Source: Octopus vulgaris
Taxonomy: Eukaryota
Assembly (NCBI GenBank): GCA_951406725.2
Contig: OX597818.1
Span: 45,322,001-45,386,000, forward strand
Direction: 5' to 3'
Length of the DNA stretch: 64,000 nucleotides
The notes under the pieces were generated by a model, which was given only the letters and a program-made list of their open reading frames with translations, was not told the DNA's origin and made no database searches. This document shows positions 1-14,602 of this stretch, one piece after another (position 1 is the stretch's first letter; every line of letters starts with the position of its first letter). The translations under genes and the position numbers were made by a program.

Positions 1-81
1 TTAAATTATTTTAATTATTTCCAATGGTAATTGAGAGTTATGTTCATAATTCTTCCCACCTTACTAAACAGAATTATCAAC

Positions 82-292
82 TTCCTCTATACAGTTGTTG
101 CTCCTTTGCCTGTTTCTGTCATTGGACTGCGGCCTTTCTGGAGCACCGTCATGTAGGGTTAATCGAATAAGTCGACTCCAGTATTTATTTTCGATCTGGT
201 ATCTACTCCATCGGTTGCTTTTGCCAAACTTCTTAGTTATGGGAATGTAAACAAACCAGCATCGATTGTCAAGCACTGAGGAGACAAACAAA
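82..292 (-). mobile_element. 3' half of SINE family A (tRNA-derived, central microsatellite), diverged
   Basis: Reverse-complement similarity to the 3' half of the copy at 3021-3451. Confidence 0.65.
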
Positions 293-362
293 AGTACACG
301 TTTATACATACTTACATATGTATGTATGTATGGATGGATGGATGGATGTATGTATGTATGTA

Positions 363-397
<35 letters not shown>

Positions 398-505
398 CAT
401 TATTCAGTTTATTTCAAGGTTTCTTGCCAATAGGGAAAGAACCGGTTTCTAACCTAGATCCAAGGCTTCTTCATTGGAATTTCAGCATCAATAAACTGAA
501 TATTG
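398..505 (-). mobile_element. 3'-terminal fragment of the R4-like family at 15761-16578, embedded in (CA)n/(TG)n
   Basis: Matches 15761-15855 (tttcaag.tttcttgc..aatag.gaaagaaccggtttctaac...cattggaatttca.catcaa). Confidence 0.6.
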
Positions 506-535
506 ACACACACACACACACATACATACATATAT

Positions 536-610
<75 letters not shown>

Positions 611-742
611 TATATACATACATAGAAAGCATTTATCAAAGTGCGGCGCACCAGGACTAAACCCAAAATCACAAGCTTGCAAAACGACCTTCTTAACCAC
701 ACGACCATTGTTGCACCTTATTTCCAATAATTATATAGATGA

Positions 743-1135
743 CTAGCAGTATCGCCTGGTGTTGCTCGGGTTTGTAAGGGAAATAACTATATAAGCATTT
801 TTAGAGAGTTATAACCAAAAAATAGCCAAAAAAATGAATTAAAAATGGAAAAAGAAATTATGGTAAATTTTTTTTTAAATCGTTGACTCATCGTAGACAT
901 TTTTAGAGAGTTACTTCCCTTATATAATAGCGAAAAAATGGAAAAAATGATGGTAAATTATTTTTAAAATCGTAGACTCATCGTAGACGCGCGCTAATAC
1001 CCAGAAGGGCTCGTAATGAATCACGACTATAAGATACCCGGTTTTGGTTACACTGCACCGCAAAATGTGGGAGTAGTTAGGAATCTAAATCGGAGTAGAC
1101 AGACACTCACACAACTTCACTTTTATATATAAAGA
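743..1135 (-). mobile_element. Non-autonomous Helitron
   Basis: Minus strand begins A|TCTTTATATATAAAAG and ends GC-rich subterminal segment + CTAG|T, with no TSD; same family as 20176-20572. Confidence 0.8.
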
Positions 1136-1547
1136 TAACGTGGCGATATGGTCTTTTAAAGACTTCCAGTTAGGATAAATTTTTATGTAAAGATGCTGCT
1201 ACACATATCAACTATTTATCAAAGGTCAACAATCTTTTCCAAATACTGGTACAAGACCAGCAATTTCAGAGAGAGTACGATAGACAATTGCATCAAAACT
1301 TGGACTGAACGGTACTTATTTTATCGGCCCCAAAAGGACGAAAGGTAAAGACGACCTTGGTGAAACTTGAACACAGAACCATTTCTTCCGACGCACAAAC
1401 GATTGTGCCAGCTCACCATCTTAAGTTCTTCAGTAAGTAGCGCTTGTTTATGAATTTATAAAGCTATATAAATATTAGATACTAAATAGCCGATTCAACA
1501 ATTAAAATAAACCGATTTAGTTAATGCTTCGTGTCTCAGTATATAAC

Positions 1548-1860
1548 TGGTACTCCATCGGTTACGACGACGAGTGTTCCAGTTGATCCAATCAACAGAA
1601 CAGCCTGTTCATGAAATCAACATACAAGTGACTGAGTAATCCACAGACACACATGCCCTTAACATAGTTCTCAGGGAGATTCGACGTGACGCAAGATGTG
1701 ACAGGGCTGGCCCTTTAAATTACCGGTATAACTAATTTTTGCCAGTTTTTTGAACAGAAGTAATGTGAAATAAAGTGCCTCGCTCAAGGACGCAACGCGC
1801 CAAACTCCAGACCTTGCGACCGTGAACCGAATACCCTATCCAGTAAGCCATGGGCCTTTA
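1548..1860 (-). mobile_element. tRNA-derived SINE with CORE-like body; tail shared with 9325-9655
   Basis: Minus strand gtccttgagcgaggcactttatttcac (CORE-like), tail ending gtcgtcgtaaccgatggagta. Confidence 0.65.
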
Positions 1861-3020
1861 CGGATCTTTGTATATAATTCAGACATCAGTTTGTTTCTTT
1901 CAATGGCTTAAAATGTTCGCGTTTAATCACTCATCAAATCATAATCAGATCATATTCTGTTTAACTCCATATTAACCAACTTTATAATTTAAACTTCATT
2001 TTTAAACTTTAATAAAAAAACAAAAAGCCTGAAGCTGTCCTAGTTCTGTTCTGCCATTTTTTCTGGGATATGAACACCACTTCTCTGTAAAATTATTGAT
2101 ATTCCATCATTGTTGTAGAATGTGGTTACTCCTATTTCTTGTCTCGCTGCAGCTGGCAGTGTTGCTGCTGCTGCTGTTGCTGATGAGGATGCTGATGATG
2201 ACTGTGATTATGCACATAGTAATCCTCGAAGGAACTAAATTCAATTTTATCGATTTAATAAATAAGGAAAAATAAAATATAATGTAAGCAATCAGCAAAG
2301 TAGACGGATTAAGTCTTCCACCAAAGAGCAGAAGTTGATCACTTCGACGTGTTTCCTAATAGTTTCTTACATTGGTCGATCCGAAGCTAAGGTAGATGTC
2401 ACTTGCCAAGGGTGTGGCTTGAACCCAATCCGCATACATTCAAAACCATGCAGATTCCTCTGGTCATAAAACTCAAGTCTGTATAGATGCTTCTGATCAT
2501 GATGAAATCGGTAGAAAAATCCTGTTATACAATTCCCCTCAGTGTACACTGTTATAATTGTATCTTGTTTCACTCTTGATCCACCTCTGATCGAGCAGAC
2601 CTATAGGGAAAAGCATTCTAACACACGCGGTCCTTCCAAACAAGGAAATAAACAAGTTTGTCTTCTTTTAATTACTCGCTTGTAGTAGATTCTGGATCAC
2701 AAGAACCATCTATTGTAAATTCCTAATGTTGAATCATTATTCAATAAGAATTTCATACATACCAGCTTTAAACAGTGAAGAATCTCATCCTAGCGCTAAT
2801 ACGGTGAAAATCTGGAAAATATGACTCAGAAATATGTGGTGCTTGAAAACTGAACTTTTACAGAGTAGAATCAATTGAATCTCTTTATAGGGTGCTTGAA
2901 AAACCTCCCGGATATTAACTATTACTGCCAGAGAAGTTACTATCGTCGATCTGCATCTCTGGTTCTGGCTCTTTTTCTCACAATCACTAATACAGACATT
3001 TAATGTCTAAATATACACAT

Positions 3021-3186
3021 AGGCGCAGGAGTGGCTGTGTGGTAAGTAGCTTGCTAACCAACCACATGGTTCCGGGTTCAGTCCCACTGCGTGGCATCTT
3101 GGGCAAGTGTCTTCTGCTATAGCCCCGGGCCGACCAATGCCTTGTGAGTGGATTTGGTAGACGGAAACTGAAAGAAGCCTGTCGTA

Positions 3187-3257
<71 letters not shown>

Positions 3258-3451
3258 CTGTGTTTGTCCCCCTAGCATTGCTTGACAACCGATGCTGGTG
3301 TGTTTACGTCCCCGTCACTTAGCGGTTCGGCAAAAGAGACCGATAGAATAAGTACTGGGCTTACAAAAGAATAAGTCCCGGGGTCGATTTGCTCGACTAA
3401 AGGCGGTGCTCCAGCATGGCCGCAGTCAAATGACTGAAACAAGTAAAAGAG
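3021..3451 (+). mobile_element. Full-length SINE family A: tRNA head, CORE-like ttgggcaagtg, internal (TA)n(TG)n, tail aaacaagtaaaagag
   Basis: A-box-like tggctgtgtggt, B-box-like ggttcagtccc; about 15 related copies in the window. Confidence 0.85.
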
Positions 3452-3666
3452 TATATGTGTATATATTTGTGTAAATGCAATATTTGATATTGTAAATCAA
3501 TAGAAACTATAGAAAACAACAAAGCATCTCCCAAGGGTAAAGGTCGCAAGCGCAACGCCTTCCGCTGAAGTAAACCATAGCAAAAACAAAAATCAACGAT
3601 TACATGACACAGCTACGGTGTTCCCTTTGGTGAAGTTAGAACTGGCTATTGTCAAATTTTTTATAT

Positions 3667-3830
3667 TATAAACAAATATTTGGTTCAATACAGATTTTTA
3701 TAAACAAATATTTGGTGCAATACAGACTTTTTATAAATAAATATTTGGTGCAATACAGACGTTTTATAAACAAATATTTGGTGCAATAAAGACTTTTTAT
3801 TAACAAATATTTGGTTCAATACAGACTTTT
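3667..3830. repeat. 33-bp minisatellite x5 (tttttataaacaaatatttggtgcaatacagac)
   Basis: aacaaatatt-type anchor recurs at 3671, 3703, 3736, 3769 and 3802. Confidence 0.9.
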
Positions 3831-4049
3831 GCTAAAGGCAATAACTGTGATTCCAAATCGGCAGTTGTTCACCAGAAGTTAGAAAAAACTTCGAGCATCC
3901 GGTTAGTTTGAGGTAAAGGATACAAGCAATTGGAAATCAACTATCCCCGGTTTCTGCAAGCAAAGTAACATACACCAATTTGCTATATTCCGCATACACA
4001 CACACACACTTTATATATATTAAATTACATTATTATTTTGAAAGCTAAG

Positions 4050-4680
4050 AAGACGGCGTGCCAGCAAAACGGTCAAGATGCCGGACAAAATGTTTAGCGG
4101 TATTTCGTCTACCGCTATTTTCGTCTGAGTTCAAATTCCGCCGAGGTCAACTTTGCCTTTCATCCTTTCGGGGTCGATAAATTAGGTACCAGTTACGCAC
4201 TGGGTTCGATGTAATCGACTTAATCCGTTTGTCTGTCCTTGTTTGTCCCCTCTGTGTTTATCCCCTTGTGGGTAGTAAAGAAATAGGTATTTCGTCCGTC
4301 TTTAGGTTCTGAGCTCAAATTTCACTGAGGTCGACCTTGCCTTCCATCCTTTCAGAGTCGATAAAGTAAATACTAGGTCAATGTAATAGATTTCCTCTCT
4401 CCCTTCAAAAACTGTTGGCCCTATGCCAAAATTTGGAACTGTTATTTGGAAAGCTAAAGAATGAGTGCTCGCAGAACTGTGAGAGCATCGGATAAATGTT
4501 TCGCAGTATTCCTTCTTACTCGTTCTGTTCTGAGTTCAAATTCGCCGCCATGTCGACTTTGTCTTTCATTCTTAGGTCGTCGATAAAATAAGTAACAGTT
4601 GAACACTGGGGTCGATGTAATCGACATACCGCCTCCCTTAAAATTGTTCGCCTCGCGCCAACAGTTGAAGCCATTATTTT
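4050..4680 (+). mobile_element. Tandem cluster of SINE family B (Meta/MESC-like domain gcctttcatcctttcggggtcgataaattaagtaccag)
   Basis: Three successive copies of the gagttcaaatt...gtcgataaa module; the first carries the tail ending aaagaaata. Confidence 0.8.
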
Positions 4681-4699
4681 AAAGTTATTGTAAGAAAAT

Positions 4700-5300
4700 C
4701 CACCTTTTTGTTTACAAATGGGACGATTCAATACAGGGAGTAGAGTCAAATTCATAACAAAATTCGAGTTATGCCTATTCGTTTATCTAACCGGTGAAAA
4801 CAGACACAGTTTGGGGAATTTTTATAGAAAAACAAGCGGATTTTCATCAAAAGAAGAATTATATATGTAGTGTTCTAGTTTTGTTGTAAATTTCAAAGAA
4901 GGGAATTTTTATATAACAAAGAAAAGAATTTTGTATTATTTGTGGTGGGAAACTAATGAAATAATTTAAAGGTCAAAAACAGACGAAGTATAAATGTTAA
5001 CGGTAGGAAAGTAAAAGACCAGGCTGGGAAGGGGAGAAAAATTTGAACAAATATAGGTTAGTAATTATTCGAGTGTGAAAAGATAGATTGGAGTAATTTC
5101 AGGTAATGGTTAAATAGATTGAACATGATTTTTTTCTAATAAGTATTAAAGTGTCATTTGGAATTTGTGCCAAAAAATTTAGTGTAAAAACATATTTATC
5201 ATTTTCTGTTTTAGCATCTGTGCATACGTGAATTTTTAGAAAGATATTGTATACATAAGCGTAAATAGGAATGAAAATTTACGAAAAAATTATATTTATA
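4700..5300 (-). pseudogene. Very old LINE remnant with RNase H-like and C-terminal motifs (I/Nimb group?)
   Basis: Minus-strand peptides KIHVCTDAK (compare IYTDGSK), QIPNDTLI and KRIGITR (compare RLRIGHTR); heavily disrupted. Confidence 0.35.
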
Positions 5301-5589
5301 ATATTCTCCATAAGAGATACGTTTATGTTATGCATTGCATCAGACTATGCATTGCATCAGTCTAAAATGTATTTTAGAGGAAAACTTTTAACTAACAGAA
5401 CTATTAAATTACTGATTACAGATAAAAACTGCTATGGGTGGGGTATATTGCTAGATATCATGTAAAAAATATTGTGCAGCTGTCTTTAATGGTTGAATGA
5501 GCGGCTAAGCGAAACTTGAAGAGATAGTTAATTCGAATTTTATATTTCTTGAGTATTCGGGCTAATTTTCAACTTGCCAGATTGGTAAC

Positions 5590-5825
5590 GCTAGGCGAAA
5601 GGAGCGAAAGATTGTCCTCCAAGAAGTTCGAGTGGAGAGGAAGCACAGCTAGCAAGATGGTGTGACTTGACCAACAAGGTATCTGGACAAGGTGGGTTAA
5701 CATGCTGCAGTGAAACATCACTAGGTTGAATTTCTGGTGCGATGACATCTATTGAATCGGATTTTTGAGCCAGGCTGTCTATGATACTTTACCAAGTCCG
5801 ACAAATCTTCACACATGAAGTTTGT
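5590..5825 (+). pseudogene. Fragment of an RLE-type non-LTR retrotransposon (HERO-like post-RT region)
   Basis: Translates DQQGIWTRW...IGFLSQAVYDTLPSPTNLHT with stops, matching the QQGxWTxW...YDxLPSPxNL motif. Confidence 0.65.
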
Positions 5826-6633
5826 GTAAAACTTTTCTAAAGTGTTCAAGTGTAAAAATATTCAAATTTTAAAAAAACCTCGCTGTTTCTTGCAACACGC
5901 AAATCATTAAAAGAAAATCGTTTGAATATTCTGTTGTCTGGGGAGAGTCATTTTCTTTTAGTGCCCTATAATATTTTGGATATTGCAATCAAAATTAAAT
6001 CAAATAAAACCGCAAATCTATTTCTTGTGTGAACGCAAATTGAAAATTAAAAACAAAATTCAATTGCGCGCAACTCTTATGAAGATGTACAATTGAGAAA
6101 GGAACTCATGGTGGTCAGTCTAAAGATATTCAAGGTGAATCTAAAGATATTCTCCTGCAATACACTTGAGTTTAACCGTCAAATAAATAATTCATCCAAT
6201 TCACGCTCAAAATATCTCGTATAATGACAACCTCTGCCAGATTTATCATCTACTCAAGAAGCAAAACGGGAGCATGTTCCTCCTGATAAGAAGAAATCAA
6301 GCAATCAACATACAGAGACATACTACCAGACAACTGCTTCTCACAATACCCAAATGTGTATGGTTCCGTTTAAGGAAGTTTTAACCGGCACAATGAACTG
6401 CTTAGAAATAAATTTTGATATAGGAGTCTTTTCACATTCCTAAAATTTTACAAGTCCGGCCTTAGTAATCCACTGAAGATATTTGTATACTAGTAATGAT
6501 AATTCTGAAATAAGCAACACCACAGGTGGTAGTACAGCACAGACAAGCCATTGCAGCCAGATATTTCCTGGTTTTGCTTACGTCAAGATATTTGTATACT
6601 AGTAATGATAATTCTGAAATAAGCAACACCACA

Positions 6634-6843
6634 TAAGCATGCCGGGCGAAATGCGTAGCTGTATTTCGTCTGCCGTTACGTTCTGAGTTCAAATTCCGCC
6701 AAGGTCGACTTTACCTTTAATCCTTTCTGGGTCGATAAATTAAGTACCAGTTACGCACTGGGGTCGATGTAATCAACTTAATCCGTTTGTCTGTCCTTGT
6801 GTGTCCCCTCTGTGTTTAGCCCCTTCTGAGTAGTAAAGAAATA
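6634..6843 (+). mobile_element. SINE family B, 5'-truncated
   Basis: Meta-like domain and tail ccctctgtgtttagcccc...agtaaagaaata. Confidence 0.8.
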
Positions 6844-7471
6844 GATAAATTATGGGGAATTTTATATCAGCATTAAGTGTTGAATGTATATACCTTGATT
6901 TGAGCGCTTTAGTCAAATTATGGCTGTTGGCTTAACCAAATATTATGCAGTAATAGATGAGAACTCAAGTTTTTCTCTGTGTTGTAGGATGTAGGTAAAA
7001 TGTACAATTGACTATACTCCGTAGCTACGCAGATATCATTAAAGTGTTGCTGGAAATAAAGAGAAATAGATTTCTATACTTCCAACAATATCTAGATGCT
7101 GCATACGATAGGAAAACTAATAAAAACGTTTTCTTCAACTCTTCGAAATTCTATGGCTTTTATTACTGACAAAATTTCCTACGAAATGGTTTACTTAGCT
7201 CCAAACAAAGAAACAATCCAAAATAGTAAATACGTTAGGTGTAGTTATATCTTCAGATGCATCCTTCTCCAAACACATTAGGAGAATGTCAGCTACTTGC
7301 CATGAGTTCACTGACTGAATACGTAGAAGTTACATTATAGGTAACTCAGCGGTGGTATTCATCATCTAGAATCAAGTATCTTTAAAAGGTTAGAATAATA
7401 CTCAAAAGTCTGGACTTGTAGTAGCATTTACTAGGTAAATAGGAAAAAAATATTTAACAAAAACCTAAATT

Positions 7472-7667
7472 AAATAATTAGATTTTAATAGCAGGACTCG
7501 AAGTAGATGAAGCTATAAAATGATAGCGTGTGAATATTGGTTTAAAATACTCAGTACAGAAAAATTCGAAGGCTTTATCTATCCAAAGGGTTTTAGCCCA
7601 TTATTTGTACGTTATCTTTTATATAGCTTTATCAACTTCGAGTTCCACTGTTAAAAACAAATTATTT
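7472..7667. repeat. Imperfect foldback with ~65-bp arms, related to 13344-13549
   Basis: aataattagattttaatagcaggactcgaagtagatgaagctata pairs with tatagctttatcaacttcgagttccactgttaaaaacaaattatt. Confidence 0.65.
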
Positions 7668-7794
7668 TATATCTCTCAAAGTTACAAATTTTTTATGATG
7701 TCATAAAGTAATTCAACTCCTGGGAATATCTTCATCCACCACGAATCTGCTCTCTGGGACGCTGTTCAAAACGCTTAAACCATTTTACTCATAC

Positions 7795-9250
<1,456 letters not shown>

Positions 9251-9324
9251 AAACAAATAAAAGGAATGGTGGTGTGCCATCAAGATACCACAGGTCTTTC
9301 TTCACTTTCTTATATAAGAAATCT

Positions 9325-9655
9325 TTTCGATTTCCAGACCGGGCGTTGTGAGTGTTTATTGAGCGAAAACACCTAAAAGCTCCACGAGGCTCCGGCAGGG
9401 GATGGTGGTGATCCCTGCTGTACTCTTTCACCACAACTTTCTCTCACTCTTACTTCCTGTTTCTGTTGTACCTGTATTTCAAAGGGCCGGCCTTGTCACT
9501 CTCTGTGTCACGCTGAATGTCCCAGAGAACTACGTTAAGGGTACACGTGTCTGTGGAGTGCTCAGCCACTTACACGTTAATTTCACGAGCAGGCTGTTCC
9601 GTTGGTCGGATCAACCGGAACCCTCATCGTCGTAACCGACGGAGTGCTTCCATCC
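9325..9655 (+). mobile_element. SINE family C, 5'-truncated, 11-bp TSD
   Basis: TSD ataagaaatct at 9314-9324 and 9656-9666; body shared with 39760-40061 and 58509-58799. Confidence 0.85.
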
Positions 9656-9900
9656 ATAAGAAATCTATTCTGAAACTGTTTGAACCTTAAGACTCCTCAA
9701 CTATTTAGCTTTCCAACAAACTAAAGAATTAATTAAAGTTTACAATGAAGTTTTTAAATATGTGTAATTAGTGAAGAGCAGCTTCCACCGTCTTGTTAAA
9801 CCATTAATTAGTTATGTCGAGTATGACATAACTTTAAATACATCTCATTCTAAAGATGTATTTAAGTGATTTGATCAAATGATTGTTCGTTGAGAAATTA

Positions 9901-10295
9901 AGAGCACCATCCGAGCGTGATCGTTGCCAGAGCAGCTAACTGGCTTCCGTGCCGGTGGCACGTAAAAGGCACCATTCGAGCGTGATCGTTACCAGCGTCG
10001 CCTTACTGGCACCTGTGCCGGTGGCATGTGTAAAAAGATTCGAGCGAGGTCGTTGCCAGTACCGCCTGACTGGCCTCCGTGCTGGTGGCACGTAAAAGTA
10101 CCCACTATACTCTCGGAGTGGTTGGCGTTAGGAAGGGCATCCAGCTGTTGAAACTCTGCCAAATCAAGATTGGAGCCTGGTGCAGCCATCTGGTTCGCCA
10201 GGCCTCAGTCAAATCGTCCAACCCATGCTAGCATGGAAAGCGGATGTTAAACGATGATGATGCTGATAATGATGATGATGATGATGATAATGATA
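9901..10295 (+). mobile_element. SINE 3' part with internal ~60-bp tandem units and an RTE-like tail ending in (GAT)n
   Basis: Three cgagcg.g.tcgtt.ccag...gtgc.ggtggca units; ggcgttaggaagggcatccagc block; tail catggaaagcggatgttaaacgatgatga. Confidence 0.7.
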
Positions 10296-11861
10296 ATTGA
10301 GGTTGGTGATAGGAGGGATCCTATAGATAAAAGTATATCCCCACGAATAAATAATATAAGTTTTTGACCTTTACCCCCTTCTCTCACCCTACTATTATCA
10401 TCAGCTGCAGTAGAAAGAAATGTAGGAACTGGATGAACCGTTTATCCTCCCCTTTCAAGAAATTTAGCTCATATAGGTCCTTCTGTTAACTTAGCTAACA
10501 AAAAATGTTACCAACTGTATGCTGTAGGTACCACCTAAAGCATTGTTCAAGTATGGTTATACCTGCGACGATTATAATGAACTAAAGAACTAACGAAAGT
10601 AACTGATAATTTATCGAAACGGGGACCACATTGACTGTTAGAATATAATCTAATGCACGGGCCTCATACGACTAAAGATGATTTTTCCAACAGTAACGCC
10701 TTTCCTTGTCATCCTCGGAATTTCACGTTGAGAAAAGCAAGCATAATCTCACATTCTACCATGCTTTTAAATAAATAGTCAGAAGACATTTTCCTATGAC
10801 CTAAACAACATAAAATTCTACTGAACTACATGGTGGCCTTTAGAAATGGATTCGTCCAAACAGAAGAAATGGCCCAATCTTGCGAATAAAATATGTTTTC
10901 CACTTCGTTGATTAAATTAAGAATACTTCATTGACTTCGTGGTGAGTGTTATGTCGAGAAGATGCAGCAAGGTGGACGAAGTGTTGTATTACGAGTTGCT
11001 TAGCCACGGTTTCGTATGCAGTGTCATTAATTTGGTGGTATGACCGAAACAGTGTTGAAACTTCATTTCTTGAGACCAGCGTACAGAATTGAATAAAGAA
11101 ATTTAATCGAACGAAATCACACAAAATGGAATGAAAGAATAAATGAAGAGCAAATGAAATATAAATTCGTTTCTTTTATTTTTTTTTGCTTAAGGTTGTT
11201 TTGACACATTCGTATTGTAGTGTAGACTTGAAGCACCAATAAGACATCTACACGGTCACTCGACCTACTATAAATAAAATCGAGATCTTCTTCGACTCCC
11301 ACTCTACCGACTAGAATAAGGAATGGTCCCTAGGACGATACATACCGTGATTTACATGCAAAGATATTTGATAGTTAATGCCGGAATGCCTTTAATCATA
11401 GATGTGCTCAAAGGGAGCCGTCCTGGTGTTAAACAATAACAACAACAGCACTAGAGTATTCATTACAAAAACGGATTTAAACATCCCTGGCAATGATGCT
11501 GAGAAAATTCAATATAACATGGCCGATTATAAAGGTTAAAAATTATTATAAAATACTCTAATCTCTTTCTCTGCATTTGATGACAATACACTAATTGCCT
11601 TAAATAAATTAAAATTCTATCAGTTTTGTAATCGAATCTCTACTAACCAAATTTCAATTTCAGGAAAACGTCTTAAATCCTCAACCATTGATTTTTCTGT
11701 CACAAATTAAATTCTGCTACTTCGTAAATCAAAGCATTTATAATCAACATAATAATTGATAATCTGCTGCTATAATCAAATAATTCTCTTTTTTCCCCTT
11801 TCAGGATTTCCCTTACATTTGCATTTCTGCTGTAGTATTTCGTATTTTCTTTATCTCCCTC

Positions 11862-11898
<37 letters not shown>

Positions 11899-12203
11899 CA
11901 ACATCAACAATAATATCCTCATCCTCCTCTCAACCCTCCACTTCACACCTCCCTTATACCCTTTATCGTCCTCTTCATCCCCAGTGTCATTATAATCAAT
12001 ATCTTTCTTCTTCATTTCTTCTTCTTCTCTCTTCAATTCTTTCTCTCTGTAGTTTTCACTTTCCTTTTTTCTTTATTTCCTTTGCATTTGTTTTTAAACT
12101 CTCATTTGCTCGCCATTTCGATATTTCACAATATTTCCCTCTTACTAACACAAACACACGCGCGCCCGCTCATGCATAAGATAAACACAAACGCTAGTGT
12201 GTA

Positions 12204-12235
<32 letters not shown>

Positions 12236-12897
12236 GTAAACACGTACATACACATACATCATACCTGCGACACTTCTCTTCATCCTATCATTGTTCTCAA
12301 GAAAATAACTCCCAAAGATCAGCCGTACTCTATAAACATTTCTGGCTGAAATGACCTTCTCACATTGGATAAACTTTCGGGACTAATAGCTCTGCCACTA
12401 CTTGCAGAGACACGAACAGAAACGTTGTTTTCTTTCTCGCCTCTTATAGTCTCTCCACCACCGAAAAGATCATGATGTAAGTTTACAAGCCTGATTAAGT
12501 AGACTTTCCAACGATAGATGCGACTGATTCAAACACTACAATATAACCTATACGCTTGACTTCTATTGCAGGATTTCATTATGATGTTAATTTCTTTGCC
12601 TGGAGAAAAGCTTGCATCCTTAGAAACGTGTCTTTGCTCTAGCTCTAGAAATGATTCATTGTGTTTATTCGCTTGAATAAAGAGAGGATATGTCATGTAT
12701 CACTTTTGTTAAAGGCTATTCTGCGCGTTTACCGATGTAAGAACTTTCACCACTAGATTTTAAAGTAAATAAAAAATGCAATTCAGTACTTAGGCATTCG
12801 ACAAAGTTAGCCAAGTGTATACTTATTTGTGTCCTTTTTAGGCAGTTAAATATTCAAGCAAACATAATTTGTGTGTTAGTATGTGTGTGCATGTATT

Positions 12898-12927
12898 CAT
12901 AGATAGATAGATAGATAGATAGATAGG

Positions 12928-12984
<57 letters not shown>

Positions 12985-13130
12985 GGATGGATGGATGGAT
13001 GGATGGATGGATGGATGGATGGATCGATTGGTGGGTGGATGGGTGGATGGATGGATGGATTGATGGATGGATCGCTAGACAGATAGATGAATAGACAGGT
13101 AGATAGATAGACAGACAGACAGACAGATAA

Positions 13131-13182
<52 letters not shown>

Positions 13183-13210
13183 GTAGGTAGATACATAGAT
13201 AGATAGATGC

Positions 13211-13241
<31 letters not shown>

Positions 13242-13259
13242 TGTATGTATGTATGTATG

Positions 13260-13328
<69 letters not shown>

Positions 13329-13345
13329 GTCTATCTATCTGTCTA
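12898..13345. repeat. Compound microsatellite (GATA/GATG/GACA/TATG/TATC)
   Basis: Read directly. Confidence 0.95.
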
Positions 13346-13549
13346 TCAATAGGACTTCAGAAACTTCGAGAGCATTAAACAATTCATTTTACGAACGATG
13401 AAACTCAAAGCAAATGAAACTATAGATAAATGCATGCAAATATTGGGTTGACATATTTACAAGCTGTTATTTATGGCTTCATTTGCTTCGAGTTTCACCC
13501 TTCCTAAGAAGGAATTATTTCACGTTATCGAAGTTTCTAAATTCTGCTG
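13344..13549. repeat. Imperfect foldback with ~98-bp arms, MITE-like
   Basis: agaaacttcga...tgaaactcaaagcaaatgaaac pairs with gcttcatttgcttcgagtttca...tcgaagtttct. Confidence 0.75.
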
Positions 13550-13611
13550 ATGTCAACAAGGTATAAGTCTCACTGTCAAGAATGAAATTTCTAGAATGGA
13601 TAAATTTCTAA

Positions 13612-13689
13612 GGATTGTTTTGGTGCAATGGTAGAACGCCTAGCCCGTTTACAAAAGATATGGGTTCGAGCCCCACGAACAGCCCTCCA
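13612..13689 (+). pseudogene. tRNA-like sequence (pseudogene or isolated SINE head) with encoded CCA
   Basis: A box tggtgcaatggt, T-arm tgggttcgagcccca, acceptor ggattgt/acagccc-t-cca, then a T5 run; anticodon arm does not pair well. Confidence 0.55.
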
Positions 13690-13794
13690 ATTTTTCTATC
13701 CAAGGGATTTTTAACACAACATTGACACGCTATAATTTATAATAGTATTTGCTTCGAGATTCACTGTTCAGCGTTCCCAAAAAGAATTTGCTAT

Positions 13795-13883
13795 TGGGCG
13801 GATGTCTTCTACTATAGCCTCGGGCCGACCAAGGCCCCGTGAGTGGATTTGGTAGACGGAAACTGGAAGAAGCCTTTTGTATG

Positions 13884-13939
<56 letters not shown>

Positions 13940-14105
13940 GTGTGTCCGTGTTTGTACCCCTAACATCGCTTGACAACCGATGCTGGTTCGGCAGGGGAGA
14001 CTGATGGAATAGGTACTAGGCTTACACAGAATAAGCTCTGGGGTCGATTTGATCGACTAAAGGCGGTGCTCCAGCATGGCCCTAATCAAATGACTGAAAC
14101 AATTT
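13795..14105 (+). mobile_element. SINE family A, 5'-truncated
   Basis: Similarity to 3021-3451. Confidence 0.8.
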
Positions 14106-14602
14106 TAAAAAAAAAGAAATATATATGTGCGTATACATGAATATGTGTGCGTGCGTGCGCGTCTGTGTGTGTGTATGTGTCTGTAACGTTAGAGCGTGTA
14201 GCGTAGTGGTTAGGGTATTGCACTGACGGTCGTAGTTTCGATTCCCGGACCGGGCGATGCATTATATTCCCAACTGAAACATTTTATTTCACTGGCTCTG
14301 TTATAATTCCGACGACTGACGTGTGGAACCCGGTGCACCTGTACAGCCAATATCGATTTCAAGGAGGAGTTGAGCTAATGTAAATCACAAACATTTGATC
14401 ATTATAAACAAAATAAATTGCAGAAAGGCTGCAGATATGGCAGTCTTTCTCAGAGTCGAGAGGCTACTAGTATACACACGGCGCGCGCGCACACACGCGT
14501 GCATATGTGTGAGTATTGCAATATTGACACGATTATAATGCAGTAAAGTAATTTTAGGCCAATTATAAATGCAAATATTCTGTTACTACTTATTCCGTTG
14601 TA

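Noticed and set aside
2340-2390. Minus-strand hammerhead half (GAAACACGTC gaag)
   Set aside because: The CUGANGA core is missing (ggatcga instead).
3667-3830. 33-bp repeat array superficially like CRISPR
   Set aside because: Units are contiguous with no unique spacers, there are no cas genes, and the context is eukaryotic.
13612-13689. Functional tRNA gene
   Set aside because: Anticodon arm unpaired and extra bases before the acceptor strand; kept only as pseudogene-like.
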